Shown here in pieces: positions 56,325 to 64,000 of a stretch of 64,000 bases of DNA (positions within the stretch are counted from its first letter, which is position 1; every line of letters begins with the position of its first letter). The notes beneath the pieces were generated by a model. It ran no database searches. It saw only the letters and a program-made list of their open reading frames with translations, and was not told where the DNA came from. Source of the stretch: Bacteroidales bacterium (GTDB taxonomy: Bacteria > Bacteroidota > Bacteroidia > Bacteroidales > VadinHA17); contig JANTHB010000002.1 in NCBI GenBank assembly GCA_024762655.1, positions 8,007-72,006 of the forward strand, in the 5' to 3' direction. The translations under genes and the position numbers were made by a program.

Positions 56325-57809
56325 ATGCTGAAACAGAGGTTACAACAAAAGTTGCTGCAAAAACTCTCTCCGCAACAGATACAGATTATCAAGTTGCTGG
56401 AGATCCCTACGGTGCAGCTGGAACAAAGGATAAAAAAAGAGTTGGAGGAAAATCCCGTACTGGAAGAGGGCTATGACGACCAGGAGGAAAATTATGCTGC
56501 GCAGGAAGAGGATACGGATGCCGGAGAACAGAACACAGAAGAAGACACAAATCATCAGGACGAGCAGGATGAGTTTTCGCTGGATGATTACCTGGATGAT
56601 GATGAGATCCCCGATTATCGTCTTTCCCTGAAAAATTATTCTCAGGATGAAAAAAGGGAAGAGATCCCTTTTTCCGTTGGGAGCACCTTTCATGATTATC
56701 TGCTCAGCCAGGCCGGCCTGCAGAACTTTAACGAAAAAGAAAGACTACTGGCAGATTATATCATCGGGAACATTGGAGAAGACGGTTATCTGAGAAGGGA
56801 TATTGAAAACATTGTGGACGACCTGGCTTTCTCACAGAATATCACTGCTTCGGAGGAAGAGCTGTTGGATATTCTGAAAGTCGTACAGGAATTTGACCCG
56901 CCCGGCGTCGGTGCCCGCAACCTGCAGGAGTGTCTTCTTTTACAGATCGAACGAAAAGACCTGACAGACCCTTCCATAGCCCTGGCGCATAAGATCCTGA
57001 AACATTATTTTACTGAGTTTACCAAGAAACATTACGACAAGATCCTGGAAAAACTCAATATCACGGAAGAAGATCTGAAAAAAGCCATTGATGAGATTCT
57101 TAAGCTCAATCCCAAACCGGGAAGTTCTTTCAGTGATCCGATGAACAAGCCGGTGCAGCATATCGTTCCTGATTTTATTCTGGAGATCAACGAGGGGGAT
57201 ATCCAGCTCTCCCTGAATGCACGGAATGTTCCCGATCTCCGTATCAACAAGCAATATGCCGAGATGCTGAAAGCATATCATGAGAACCAGAAAAAGCATA
57301 CACGGGAAGAAAAAGACACCATTTCTTTTGTTAAACAGAAACTGGATTCGGCCAAATGGTTCATCGATGCAATCAAACAACGGCAGAATACGCTTATGCT
57401 TACGATGCAGGCGATTGTGGATTTTCAGAAACAGTTCTTTCTGACCGGGGATGAGACCAAATTACGTCCCATGATCCTTAAAGACATCGCTGAATTAACG
57501 GGTCTGGATATTTCGACCATCTCCCGCGTTGCCAACAGTAAATATGTCCAGACCCCTTACGGAATTTATCAGCTGAAATACTTCTTCTCCGAAGGGTTAC
57601 AGACTGACTCGGGAGAAGAGGTTTCCACCCGTGAGATCAAGACTATACTGCAGGAAATGATTGAGAAGGAAGATAAGCGGAAGCCTCTGACCGACGAAAA
57701 GCTTACAGCCATTCTTCAGGAAAAAGGATACCAGATTGCCCGGCGCACGGTGGCCAAATACCGGGAACAATTAAATATCCCCGTAGCCCGTTTACGGAAA
57801 GAACTTTAA
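56325..57809 (+). CDS. rpoN: RNA polymerase sigma-54 factor
   Basis: N-terminal Gln/Leu-rich region (LKQRLQQKLLQKLSPQQIQ), an acidic region and an HTH. The RpoN box is ARRTVAKYREQLNIP. Confidence 0.95.
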   Translation: MLKQRLQQKLLQKLSPQQIQIIKLLEIPTVQLEQRIKKELEENPVLEEGYDDQEENYAAQEEDTDAGEQNTEEDTNHQDEQDEFSLDDYLDDDEIPDYRLSLKNYSQDEKREEIPFSVGSTFHDYLLSQAGLQNFNEKERLLADYIIGNIGEDGYLRRDIENIVDDLAFSQNITASEEELLDILKVVQEFDPPGVGARNLQECLLLQIERKDLTDPSIALAHKILKHYFTEFTKKHYDKILEKLNITEEDLKKAIDEILKLNPKPGSSFSDPMNKPVQHIVPDFILEINEGDIQLSLNARNVPDLRINKQYAEMLKAYHENQKKHTREEKDTISFVKQKLDSAKWFIDAIKQRQNTLMLTMQAIVDFQKQFFLTGDETKLRPMILKDIAELTGLDISTISRVANSKYVQTPYGIYQLKYFFSEGLQTDSGEEVSTREIKTILQEMIEKEDKRKPLTDEKLTAILQEKGYQIARRTVAKYREQLNIPVARLRKEL

Positions 57810-57826
57810 TTCGATTACATGTCCGT

Positions 57827-58480
57827 TTGATCCCGCTAATCAGCTTACTCATGAATGCAACAAAGCCTTTCATCAGGCACCTGGCCACCGTCTTTTCCTA
57901 TCTTTTTCATCCGGTCTTCATGCCCCTGGTTCTTACGCTGATTCTGCTTTTTTCCAAAACCTATGTTTCTTATCTGCCCCTGGCCATAAAGACCTTTGAC
58001 CTGATCCTTATCACCCTGAACACCATTCTCATCCCCCTGATGTACATGTTTTTGCTGCAGCGGACCGGTTATATAAAATCTTTTTTTCTGGATAACCGGA
58101 AGGAGAGGTATGTTCCGCTCTCTCTCTATATGATTTTTGTTTTCGTTACTTTCCTGGTGCTTAGAAAGATTCATCAACCGGTTATTATTTACGATCTTTT
58201 TCTCGGGATGACGGTTACTGCTTTTCTGACGCTGATGGTTTCCTTTCGCTGGAAAATCTCCCTTCATCTGACGGGTCTGGGAGTCGCGTCGGGATTTCTA
58301 TTTGTTGCATCCTATCGTCTGGGTCATAATATTTTTATGACCTGGTGGTTGGTTTCCCTTGTGTTGGCAGGCTTCCTGGCTACAGCCCGTCTGATCCGGG
58401 GTCAACATATGCCGGCAGAAGTGTATGCAGGCTACCTTTTGGGATTTTCAGCCATCACAGGAGTGATGCTGTTTTTTTGA
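57827..58480 (+). CDS. Polytopic membrane protein, PAP2-phosphatase-like
   Basis: About 6 TM segments and PAP2-like motifs (KERYVP; KISLHLTG; ARLIRGQHMPAEV, equivalent to R-x5-H-x3-E). The start may be the internal ATG at 57851. Confidence 0.5.
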   Translation: MIPLISLLMNATKPFIRHLATVFSYLFHPVFMPLVLTLILLFSKTYVSYLPLAIKTFDLILITLNTILIPLMYMFLLQRTGYIKSFFLDNRKERYVPLSLYMIFVFVTFLVLRKIHQPVIIYDLFLGMTVTAFLTLMVSFRWKISLHLTGLGVASGFLFVASYRLGHNIFMTWWLVSLVLAGFLATARLIRGQHMPAEVYAGYLLGFSAITGVMLFF

Positions 58481-58485
58481 GGATA

Positions 58486-59661
58486 TTAGATCTCTCCCTT
58501 TATTTCTTCCAGCAGATTTTTCCCCTCCCGCATGGGAAACAGCCTGATCTTTTTCAGTTTTTCAAAGGCCTCCTGTATCCGGATATCATTTTGTGACATG
58601 CTCACGAAATAGTTACCGGCTGCAAGATGATCCGCCAGATATTCCTGTTCGGTTTGTCCGGGGGTGGGGATCAGCAGGGCTGATTTTCCTATGGCCGCAA
58701 GATCCATGATCGTTGAGTATCCTGCCCTGGAAATAATAAATTCGGCTTTTTTCAGATAAGTATAAAACAAGTTTGGGGGCAGGTGTGATACAAGTTGAAT
58801 ATTTCCGTGTACCGTTTGTGACTGTTTCTTCCAGGGGATACCCCGGATGAACAGCACCTGCCAGGGTTTTTTACGGAGTTTGCGGACCAGGATTTTTTCA
58901 AGTATGCTACGCTGCGGCTCCGGTCCTGACAAAACAACTACCACCGTAAATATTTTTCTTACCGGGTATGCACTGTTGTATTCGGGGTCCATAAAGCGTG
59001 AGAGGACGCCGGTATAAAGAATTTTTTCCTTCAAGGACCCGGGCATCGTTGCGGAAGGGTGCGAGAGGGATCCCGCCAGGGTCGGATCGTCGGCAAAATC
59101 AGGCACCCATAACCTGTTGAACTTTAGTAAACGCCTGTGATAGAAACGAAAAAGAAAAGAGGCGAGGAATGAAAACCTGCGGGGCAGCCGCGGCTGTAGC
59201 TGATGGATTATCAGGAAGGAAGGGACGGCAGGATGATATACCCCGTACCGGCTGTCCGAGACGATCAGGTCAATGGCAAACTCTTCTACAATTGCGGCGG
59301 TTTTATTGTGTTCTTCCCGGATACTCCTGAGAATACAGGGCAAGGAAAGAAATATTTTCCATATTGCAGGAAGATGACGTGAATACCTGACCCTGCAGAA
59401 GGGCAGACGGATCATTTTCATCGCAGGGAAGGAAGACCTTAATAAAGCATAAGAGGCTCCGTCGGTGGCGGCAATTACCTCATACCCCGCCTGCGTCAGT
59501 TGTTTGATCAGCAAAATACTTCTGCTGGCATGACCGATGCCCCAGTCGAGAGGACTGACAAGAATACGGGGCTTTCCGTTGGGCGTGGAGGCTTCGTTCA
59601 TAACAACTTCAAAATTGTGAATTTTTTTTGATTTTCCGTTAACGCTTTCAGGAACAATCAA
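58486..59661 (-). CDS. GT-B glycosyltransferase (MurG/GT28-like)
   Basis: N-terminal ILVSPLDWGIGHASRS motif. The C-terminal donor-binding half reads RAGYSTIMDLAAIGKSALLIPTPGQTEQEYLA. Confidence 0.75.
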   Translation of the reverse strand: MIVPESVNGKSKKIHNFEVVMNEASTPNGKPRILVSPLDWGIGHASRSILLIKQLTQAGYEVIAATDGASYALLRSSFPAMKMIRLPFCRVRYSRHLPAIWKIFLSLPCILRSIREEHNKTAAIVEEFAIDLIVSDSRYGVYHPAVPSFLIIHQLQPRLPRRFSFLASFLFRFYHRRLLKFNRLWVPDFADDPTLAGSLSHPSATMPGSLKEKILYTGVLSRFMDPEYNSAYPVRKIFTVVVVLSGPEPQRSILEKILVRKLRKKPWQVLFIRGIPWKKQSQTVHGNIQLVSHLPPNLFYTYLKKAEFIISRAGYSTIMDLAAIGKSALLIPTPGQTEQEYLADHLAAGNYFVSMSQNDIRIQEAFEKLKKIRLFPMREGKNLLEEIKGEI

Positions 59662-59702
59662 CCCCCTATGATTTTTGTCATTGTATCGGCGTCAGGTTCC
59701 TT

Positions 59703-59710
59703 TACTTTTG
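59703..59710 (+). promoter_or_regulatory. Candidate -7 box (TACTTTTG) for the hemerythrin-like gene
   Basis: It matches TAnnTTTG, 22 nt upstream of the ATG at 59732. Confidence 0.35.
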
Positions 59711-59731
59711 TAAAAAGAAATCACCGGAAAA

Positions 59732-60151
59732 ATGAAAGGGAAACTGAAACACATTGAGTGGAAGCCCGAATATGAATTTCAGATTGAAACCGTCGATCAA
59801 AGCCATCGTAAACTGGTCGATCTGATTAATCGCCTGGGTGATATGATCAATCGGCAGGCATGCCCTGAAAGCATGTCGGAGATTTTCTTTTCCCTGATCC
59901 ATTATGCTGAACGCTACCTGATCCAGGAGGAGATTCTCCTGCGCGATCTGGGATATATCCAATTCGATCAGCACAAAGAGAAACACCAATTTTTCATTGA
60001 AAAGATCAAGTCTTTCCGCGATGAATTTTCATCCGGGAATCCGGATATCTGCCAGGATTTATATGATTTTCTCTCAGCGTGGTTCCGGGATCATATCCTC
60101 AAATATGATAAGGGAATCATCAACTTCCTCAAAGGGAAAGGTATTTCCTGA
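59732..60151 (+). CDS. Bacteriohemerythrin-like metal-binding protein
   Basis: IEWKPEYEFQIETVDQSHRKLVDLIN, HYAERYLIQEE, HKEKHQFF and WFRDHILKYDK give the His/Glu/Asp ligand pattern of hemerythrins. Confidence 0.88.
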   Translation: MKGKLKHIEWKPEYEFQIETVDQSHRKLVDLINRLGDMINRQACPESMSEIFFSLIHYAERYLIQEEILLRDLGYIQFDQHKEKHQFFIEKIKSFRDEFSSGNPDICQDLYDFLSAWFRDHILKYDKGIINFLKGKGIS

Positions 60152-60174
60152 AAAAACGCATAGAGTTTTTCCGA

Positions 60175-60624
60175 TTAAACTATTTGTGTTACCGTTGACC
60201 TGGGTGTGGGCATCCATCTCTCAAAATCAAAAGGGGAGATGAGCAGGACACCCGGTTTTTTCCCTGTTTCCAGACTGCCCATGATATCCTGCATTCCTGT
60301 TTTTACGGCCGCCTCCAGGGTAATTTTTTTCAGCTGTTCGTTAAAAGTATCCCGAGGATTTTTCCCCGGATCTTCCGGAGTGAACAGTTCGGTCAGCCAT
60401 GCAGACATGTCTTTTCCGGAACCCTTCATTTCTTCCGGGGTACTCTGAATAAAAAAAGAAGGAATCAGTACCCCGTTATAAAACACCAGGCCTGCCATCT
60501 CACGTAAATGATTGCCCGGGTCGATTATTCCCATAATTCTGCCCTCGTCGTCTGTCAGGACGATCCCATTCCGTACAGGCGGGGCAGATACGGGACAGAC
60601 ATAGTTTGCAGCGAATCTTCGCAT
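60175..60624 (-). CDS. Amidohydrolase-superfamily-like mini-protein lacking the TIM-barrel/metal-binding core
   Basis: The N-terminus (FAANYVCPVSAPPVRNGIVLTDDEGRIMGIIDPG) and C-terminus (GSLETGKKPGVLLISPFD) resemble the flanking beta-sandwich segments of amidohydrolases. No HxH motif is present. Its start overlaps the upstream stop (TAATG). Confidence 0.55.
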   Translation of the reverse strand: MRRFAANYVCPVSAPPVRNGIVLTDDEGRIMGIIDPGNHLREMAGLVFYNGVLIPSFFIQSTPEEMKGSGKDMSAWLTELFTPEDPGKNPRDTFNEQLKKITLEAAVKTGMQDIMGSLETGKKPGVLLISPFDFERWMPTPRSTVTQIV

Positions 60625-61442
60625 TACTTTTTGTTTGAGGACGTATCAGCCGCTACGGTGTAAAAGGGTTTTATATCCAGTTTGATATCTTTTATATCCG
60701 CATGTTTGATATAAAGGGTGTCGGTGTTTTCATCATCGAGGAGATAGCCTCGCAGATGAGTGACAAGCGAATCTCTCAGCTCTTTGGACAGAATATACTG
60801 TTTGTATTCATCTCCTGTTTTTTTCAGTTTTTTTCTCTTCCAGTAGATCCGGTTTTCTTCTTTGGTACTGTCGTCACGGCAGAAGTAAGCCAGGATAAAA
60901 GGATGTCTGGATCCGTCGTTTTTCCCTATGCGTATTCTGAGACTGAGGGTATAAATCCCACGGCCGTTCACTTCCACGTTAAACGGTATTTTATTCCGTA
61001 CCCCTTCACGTGGCAGATGCCATTCCGTTTTCATGGTCCACAGGTTTCCTCCCTTCCCCTGCGGTTTCATTCGCATCCCCATTCCATGCATCTCACTGTC
61101 ATACCTGCTCTCCTGCATACTCTTCAAATCCTTCAACACTTCTTCATAGATGGTTTCATAGTCATTAAGATGGTCCGTATAATAGTCGATGGTATTATTA
61201 AAATCATCCAGGGTATAGCCATACTTTCCGATGACATCCCTGTAGTTGCTTAAAGAATCGGTGCCCGGGTATATTTTTCGCAAATAACTCATAGAGAAGA
61301 AACCATTGACAAGATGGATATCTTCCAGGATGTGTACCATATCCTCTCTGGGGATGACGTCTTTTTTCCTGTTTTTTTTATCGCCTGGGGAGCAGGCATT
61401 CAGCAGGATAATCCAGGAGAGGATGAAAAGGAGAAGGCGCAT
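60624..61442 (-). CDS. Lipoprotein with an N-terminal DUF4296-like segment
   Basis: Lipobox LLNACSPG. IPREDMVHILEDIHLVNGF matches my recollection of DUF4296. The remainder is uncharacterised. Confidence 0.6.
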   Translation of the reverse strand: MRLLLFILSWIILLNACSPGDKKNRKKDVIPREDMVHILEDIHLVNGFFSMSYLRKIYPGTDSLSNYRDVIGKYGYTLDDFNNTIDYYTDHLNDYETIYEEVLKDLKSMQESRYDSEMHGMGMRMKPQGKGGNLWTMKTEWHLPREGVRNKIPFNVEVNGRGIYTLSLRIRIGKNDGSRHPFILAYFCRDDSTKEENRIYWKRKKLKKTGDEYKQYILSKELRDSLVTHLRGYLLDDENTDTLYIKHADIKDIKLDIKPFYTVAADTSSNKK

Positions 61443-61451
61443 AGGTGTGGG

Positions 61452-62351
61452 TTATCTGTTTTTGATATTATTGAAACGTACACCCAGCATAATTTCGTGT
61501 GAGCCGTTGTTGTATTTCCGGATCTCATTGATACCTATATCGTATGAATATCCGAAATAGTATTTGTCATTGTGTATATACCCCACCAGGAGGGCTACTG
61601 CATCTGAAGTACGGTAGGAAGCTCCCAGCCATACTTTTTCCATATACGTGATTTTCGTATTAAAGTCCGCCTGCAGGGGTACGGGAGCTGTTTTTTTGAT
61701 GAGCACCGTAGGTTCTATGGTAAAATGATCCCCCAGCTCAAAGGTATATCCTCCCATCAGGTAGAAATGCACTTTCAGACGGTTCAGTCCGTTTCTCATA
61801 TCATACATTTTCAGGGAGTTGGCAAAGAGCTGGAAGGCTGAGGCGCCTGCATACCAGTTCTCTCCGTACATATACAGGCCTACGGAAGCATCCGGTACGA
61901 GCGTAGAATATACCGTCTGCTGCAGGGCGTTGTCATCAGGGTCAAAAAGGGTGATGCGGGTGCCGTCGACTTTGTTCTGCAGTATGCCGAAAGACAAACC
62001 CATGGAAAGACGTATGTCATTGTTCACCCCCACATTGTAAGCATAGGAACCATAGGCGCCGGTACGGCTGGTGGGGCCTGTTACATCGTTGATGATATAT
62101 CCTCCGAACCCCATGGGTTTGGAAACATGCGGGCCAAATACGCTGAAGCTTACCGTTTGCGGCCCATCCAGAATACCTGCCCACTGAAAGCGGCTGTTGG
62201 CGCGGATCTGATAGTAGTTTTTCGTTCCGGCAACAGCAGGATTCAGCACATAGTCGTTGAACATATACTGACTGTACAGTGACAGTTGCTGGGCTGCTAC
62301 CCCGGGGGTCAGTAGCAGTAAAAGCAATCCTATTTTTCCCAAAAACCTCAT
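61452..62351 (-). CDS. T9SS membrane protein, PorP/SprF family (cargo-associated paralogue)
   Basis: Signal peptide followed by QQLSLYSQYMFNDYVLNPAVAG. It lies 9 nt downstream of a type-B CTD protein gene. Confidence 0.88.
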   Translation of the reverse strand: MRFLGKIGLLLLLLTPGVAAQQLSLYSQYMFNDYVLNPAVAGTKNYYQIRANSRFQWAGILDGPQTVSFSVFGPHVSKPMGFGGYIINDVTGPTSRTGAYGSYAYNVGVNNDIRLSMGLSFGILQNKVDGTRITLFDPDDNALQQTVYSTLVPDASVGLYMYGENWYAGASAFQLFANSLKMYDMRNGLNRLKVHFYLMGGYTFELGDHFTIEPTVLIKKTAPVPLQADFNTKITYMEKVWLGASYRTSDAVALLVGYIHNDKYYFGYSYDIGINEIRKYNNGSHEIMLGVRFNNIKNR

Positions 62352-62359
62352 TTGTTCCT

Positions 62360-64000
62360 TTATCTAATTATGGTTACCGGCCCTGTGATAGGTGGAGTGT
62401 GCTTCACATCATGCAGGTTGATCACAAAATAATAGGTCCCCGTGGCCAGATTCTTTCCACGGTAGGTTCCGTCCCATTCTTTGGAACTGTCGTATCCTTT
62501 GCTGTAAAATACCCGGTGGCCCCACCGGTCGAATACCTCTACCGTCATATCCGGGTAGTATTCGGTATGGCCGAAATGCCAGGTATCATTCTTCCCGTCT
62601 CCATTGGGTGTAAAACCGGAAGGTATCGAAATTTCCCGGATCAACCCGATCTGTATCGAATCTATTTCCAGACATCCTTCCGTGGTAGTAGCTTCCACAT
62701 AGTAAGTCATGTCCCTTTCCGGGGTAGCCATTACGGACGGTCCGGTTGTCGCATCCAATCCGTCGGGAGGATACCAGTGATATTGGGTGAATCCTTCACC
62801 GGCGGCTGTGAGTGTGATCTCAGTGCCTTCGAGGATTACGGTATCACGCCCTGCATCCAGACCATGAACGGGGTATACCGTAACGGTAACGGTATCCTTG
62901 TTATAACAAATATCCGAGGAGACTGTAAGAATAAAATCCGTGGTGGCGGAAGGAGAAGCCAGGGGGTTTGCCACGGCAGGGTCGTCCAGCAGGTGTGCCG
63001 GTTCCCACTGATAGGTCTCTCCTCCACTGCCATGGAGTTGCACGGTAGTCCCGGGACAAACGGCGGTATCCTTTCCCGCATTGGCGATGACGGTATATTT
63101 TCCCTGCAACTGTAAGGTGGCAGTTTGTGTGCAGGCATTGGCATCTTTGGCCAGGATATGGTACAGGCCACCCTCCAGCCCTGTGAAGGTTCCTCCCGGT
63201 ACAAAAGAGGTGCCGTTGTCAATGGAGTAAACAAAGTTTCCGGTTCCTCCCGAGGCCTGGACACTGATCTCTCCGTCAAAAGAGAACCTGTTGCAGGTAG
63301 GTCTGACCGTATCGAGCGTCATTTGGATGGCAGAAGGTTCGTTAACGATTGCCGGTGTCGCCAGGGCTGTACACCCGTTTATATCCCTCACTGCCGGAGA
63401 GTATGTGCCGGCAGGCAGTTGCTGAAAGATCCCATTGTTGTCAATGAATATCTGTCCGCTGTCTATGGAATACTCATAGGAGCCGGTACCTCCTGAAGCC
63501 AGGATACGGAGCTCGCCGGAATGATCTCCGTTGCACAATACATCCGTAACATTTACCGTATTAATGGTCAGTAGAGGCGGGTCTGAGATTGTCACGGTAT
63601 TTCCGTAAAAGAGGCAGCCATTGGCATCTTGCACTGCAAGATCGTAGTCCCCGGCTGAAAGATTTTCGAACAAATGATTGACCGAGAAGGTTACGCCTCC
63701 GTCAAGGGAATATTGCAATGGCGGGGTTCCTCCAGAAGCTGAAACATCTATTTTTCCGTCCGTCAGGCCATGACAACTGATATCGGTTTTATTTACAGAG
63801 CTTATGGTCAGCGCCGGGGGTTCAGCAATGGTAACGGTATCCCCCAGGATCATACAACCGTTGACATCTCTGACAGCCAGCGGCCATGAGCCGGAAGTGA
63901 GTCCGGTGAAGGAGCCTCCGTTGTCAACGAAGGTGGATCCGCCATCTACCGAAAAGACATAAGGAGAAGTTCCTCCGGAGGCATGCATAGTGATCGTTCC
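62360..64000 (-). CDS. Large secreted adhesin-like protein with SprB repeats and a T9SS type-B C-terminal sorting domain (N-terminus outside the window)
   Basis: The ORF is open to the window edge. SprB-type repeats are present (CHGLTDGKIDVSASGGTPPLQYSLDGG; CNGDHSGELRILASGGTGSYEYSIDSG; ...QASGGTGNFVYSIDNG). The C-terminal domain reads IPSGFTPNGDGKNDTWHF...VEVFDRWGHRVF...WDGTYRGKNLATGTYYFVI. Confidence 0.9.
   Translation of the reverse strand, partial: GTITMHASGGTSPYVFSVDGGSTFVDNGGSFTGLTSGSWPLAVRDVNGCMILGDTVTIAEPPALTISSVNKTDISCHGLTDGKIDVSASGGTPPLQYSLDGGVTFSVNHLFENLSAGDYDLAVQDANGCLFYGNTVTISDPPLLTINTVNVTDVLCNGDHSGELRILASGGTGSYEYSIDSGQIFIDNNGIFQQLPAGTYSPAVRDINGCTALATPAIVNEPSAIQMTLDTVRPTCNRFSFDGEISVQASGGTGNFVYSIDNGTSFVPGGTFTGLEGGLYHILAKDANACTQTATLQLQGKYTVIANAGKDTAVCPGTTVQLHGSGGETYQWEPAHLLDDPAVANPLASPSATTDFILTVSSDICYNKDTVTVTVYPVHGLDAGRDTVILEGTEITLTAAGEGFTQYHWYPPDGLDATTGPSVMATPERDMTYYVEATTTEGCLEIDSIQIGLIREISIPSGFTPNGDGKNDTWHFGHTEYYPDMTVEVFDRWGHRVFYSKGYDSSKEWDGTYRGKNLATGTYYFVINLHDVKHTPPITGPVTIIR

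Noticed and set aside
1-64000. Search for tRNA, rRNA, CRISPR arrays, IS elements and toxin-antitoxin or defence-system genes.
   Set aside because: Intergenic regions are short (mostly under 130 nt; the longest is 321 nt) and AT-rich. None shows cloverleaf-like or repeat-spacer structure. No protein showed nuclease, integrase or transposase motifs.

Overview
This is a 64-kb chromosomal window from a Bacteroidota genome. The phylum call rests on the T9SS/gliding core porP-gldK-gldL-gldM-gldN, a second PorP/SprF gene next to a type-B-CTD SprB-repeat cargo, the DUF4270/DUF4197/DUF4296-type families, and recurrent TAnnTTTG -7 boxes. About 55 tightly packed protein genes are present. I saw no rRNA, tRNA, CRISPR, IS element or integrase. 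Housekeeping genes: metG (3' part), panC, panD, radA, PBP1A, topA, asnS, rpoN, MlaE/F. Envelope-sugar genes: a WbpE/D/B/A-type module, galE, rfbB and a ManC-like gene. Three things stand out. (1) An ~11-kb sulfur block (31.5-42.4 kb). It holds a Psr/Phs-like molybdoenzyme operon fused to split YeeE/YedE genes and two membrane-anchored rhodanese-like proteins. These two lack the catalytic-loop Cys and both end in RRKK...SGGC-stop, resembling a SoxY-type carrier arm. It also holds a Crp/Fnr regulator with matching operator-like palindromes, a divergent SQR-like/DUF1641/TusE/DsrE-like operon and mobA. (2) An uncharacterised three-gene envelope operon (45.0-51.3 kb): a membrane-anchored beta-propeller protein, a lipoprotein and an OM beta-barrel, upstream of a YfhO-like gene. 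(3) An arginase-fold protein with degenerate metal ligands directly upstream of the T9SS operon. All calls come from reading motifs in the translations and DNA by eye. No database search or computation was run.
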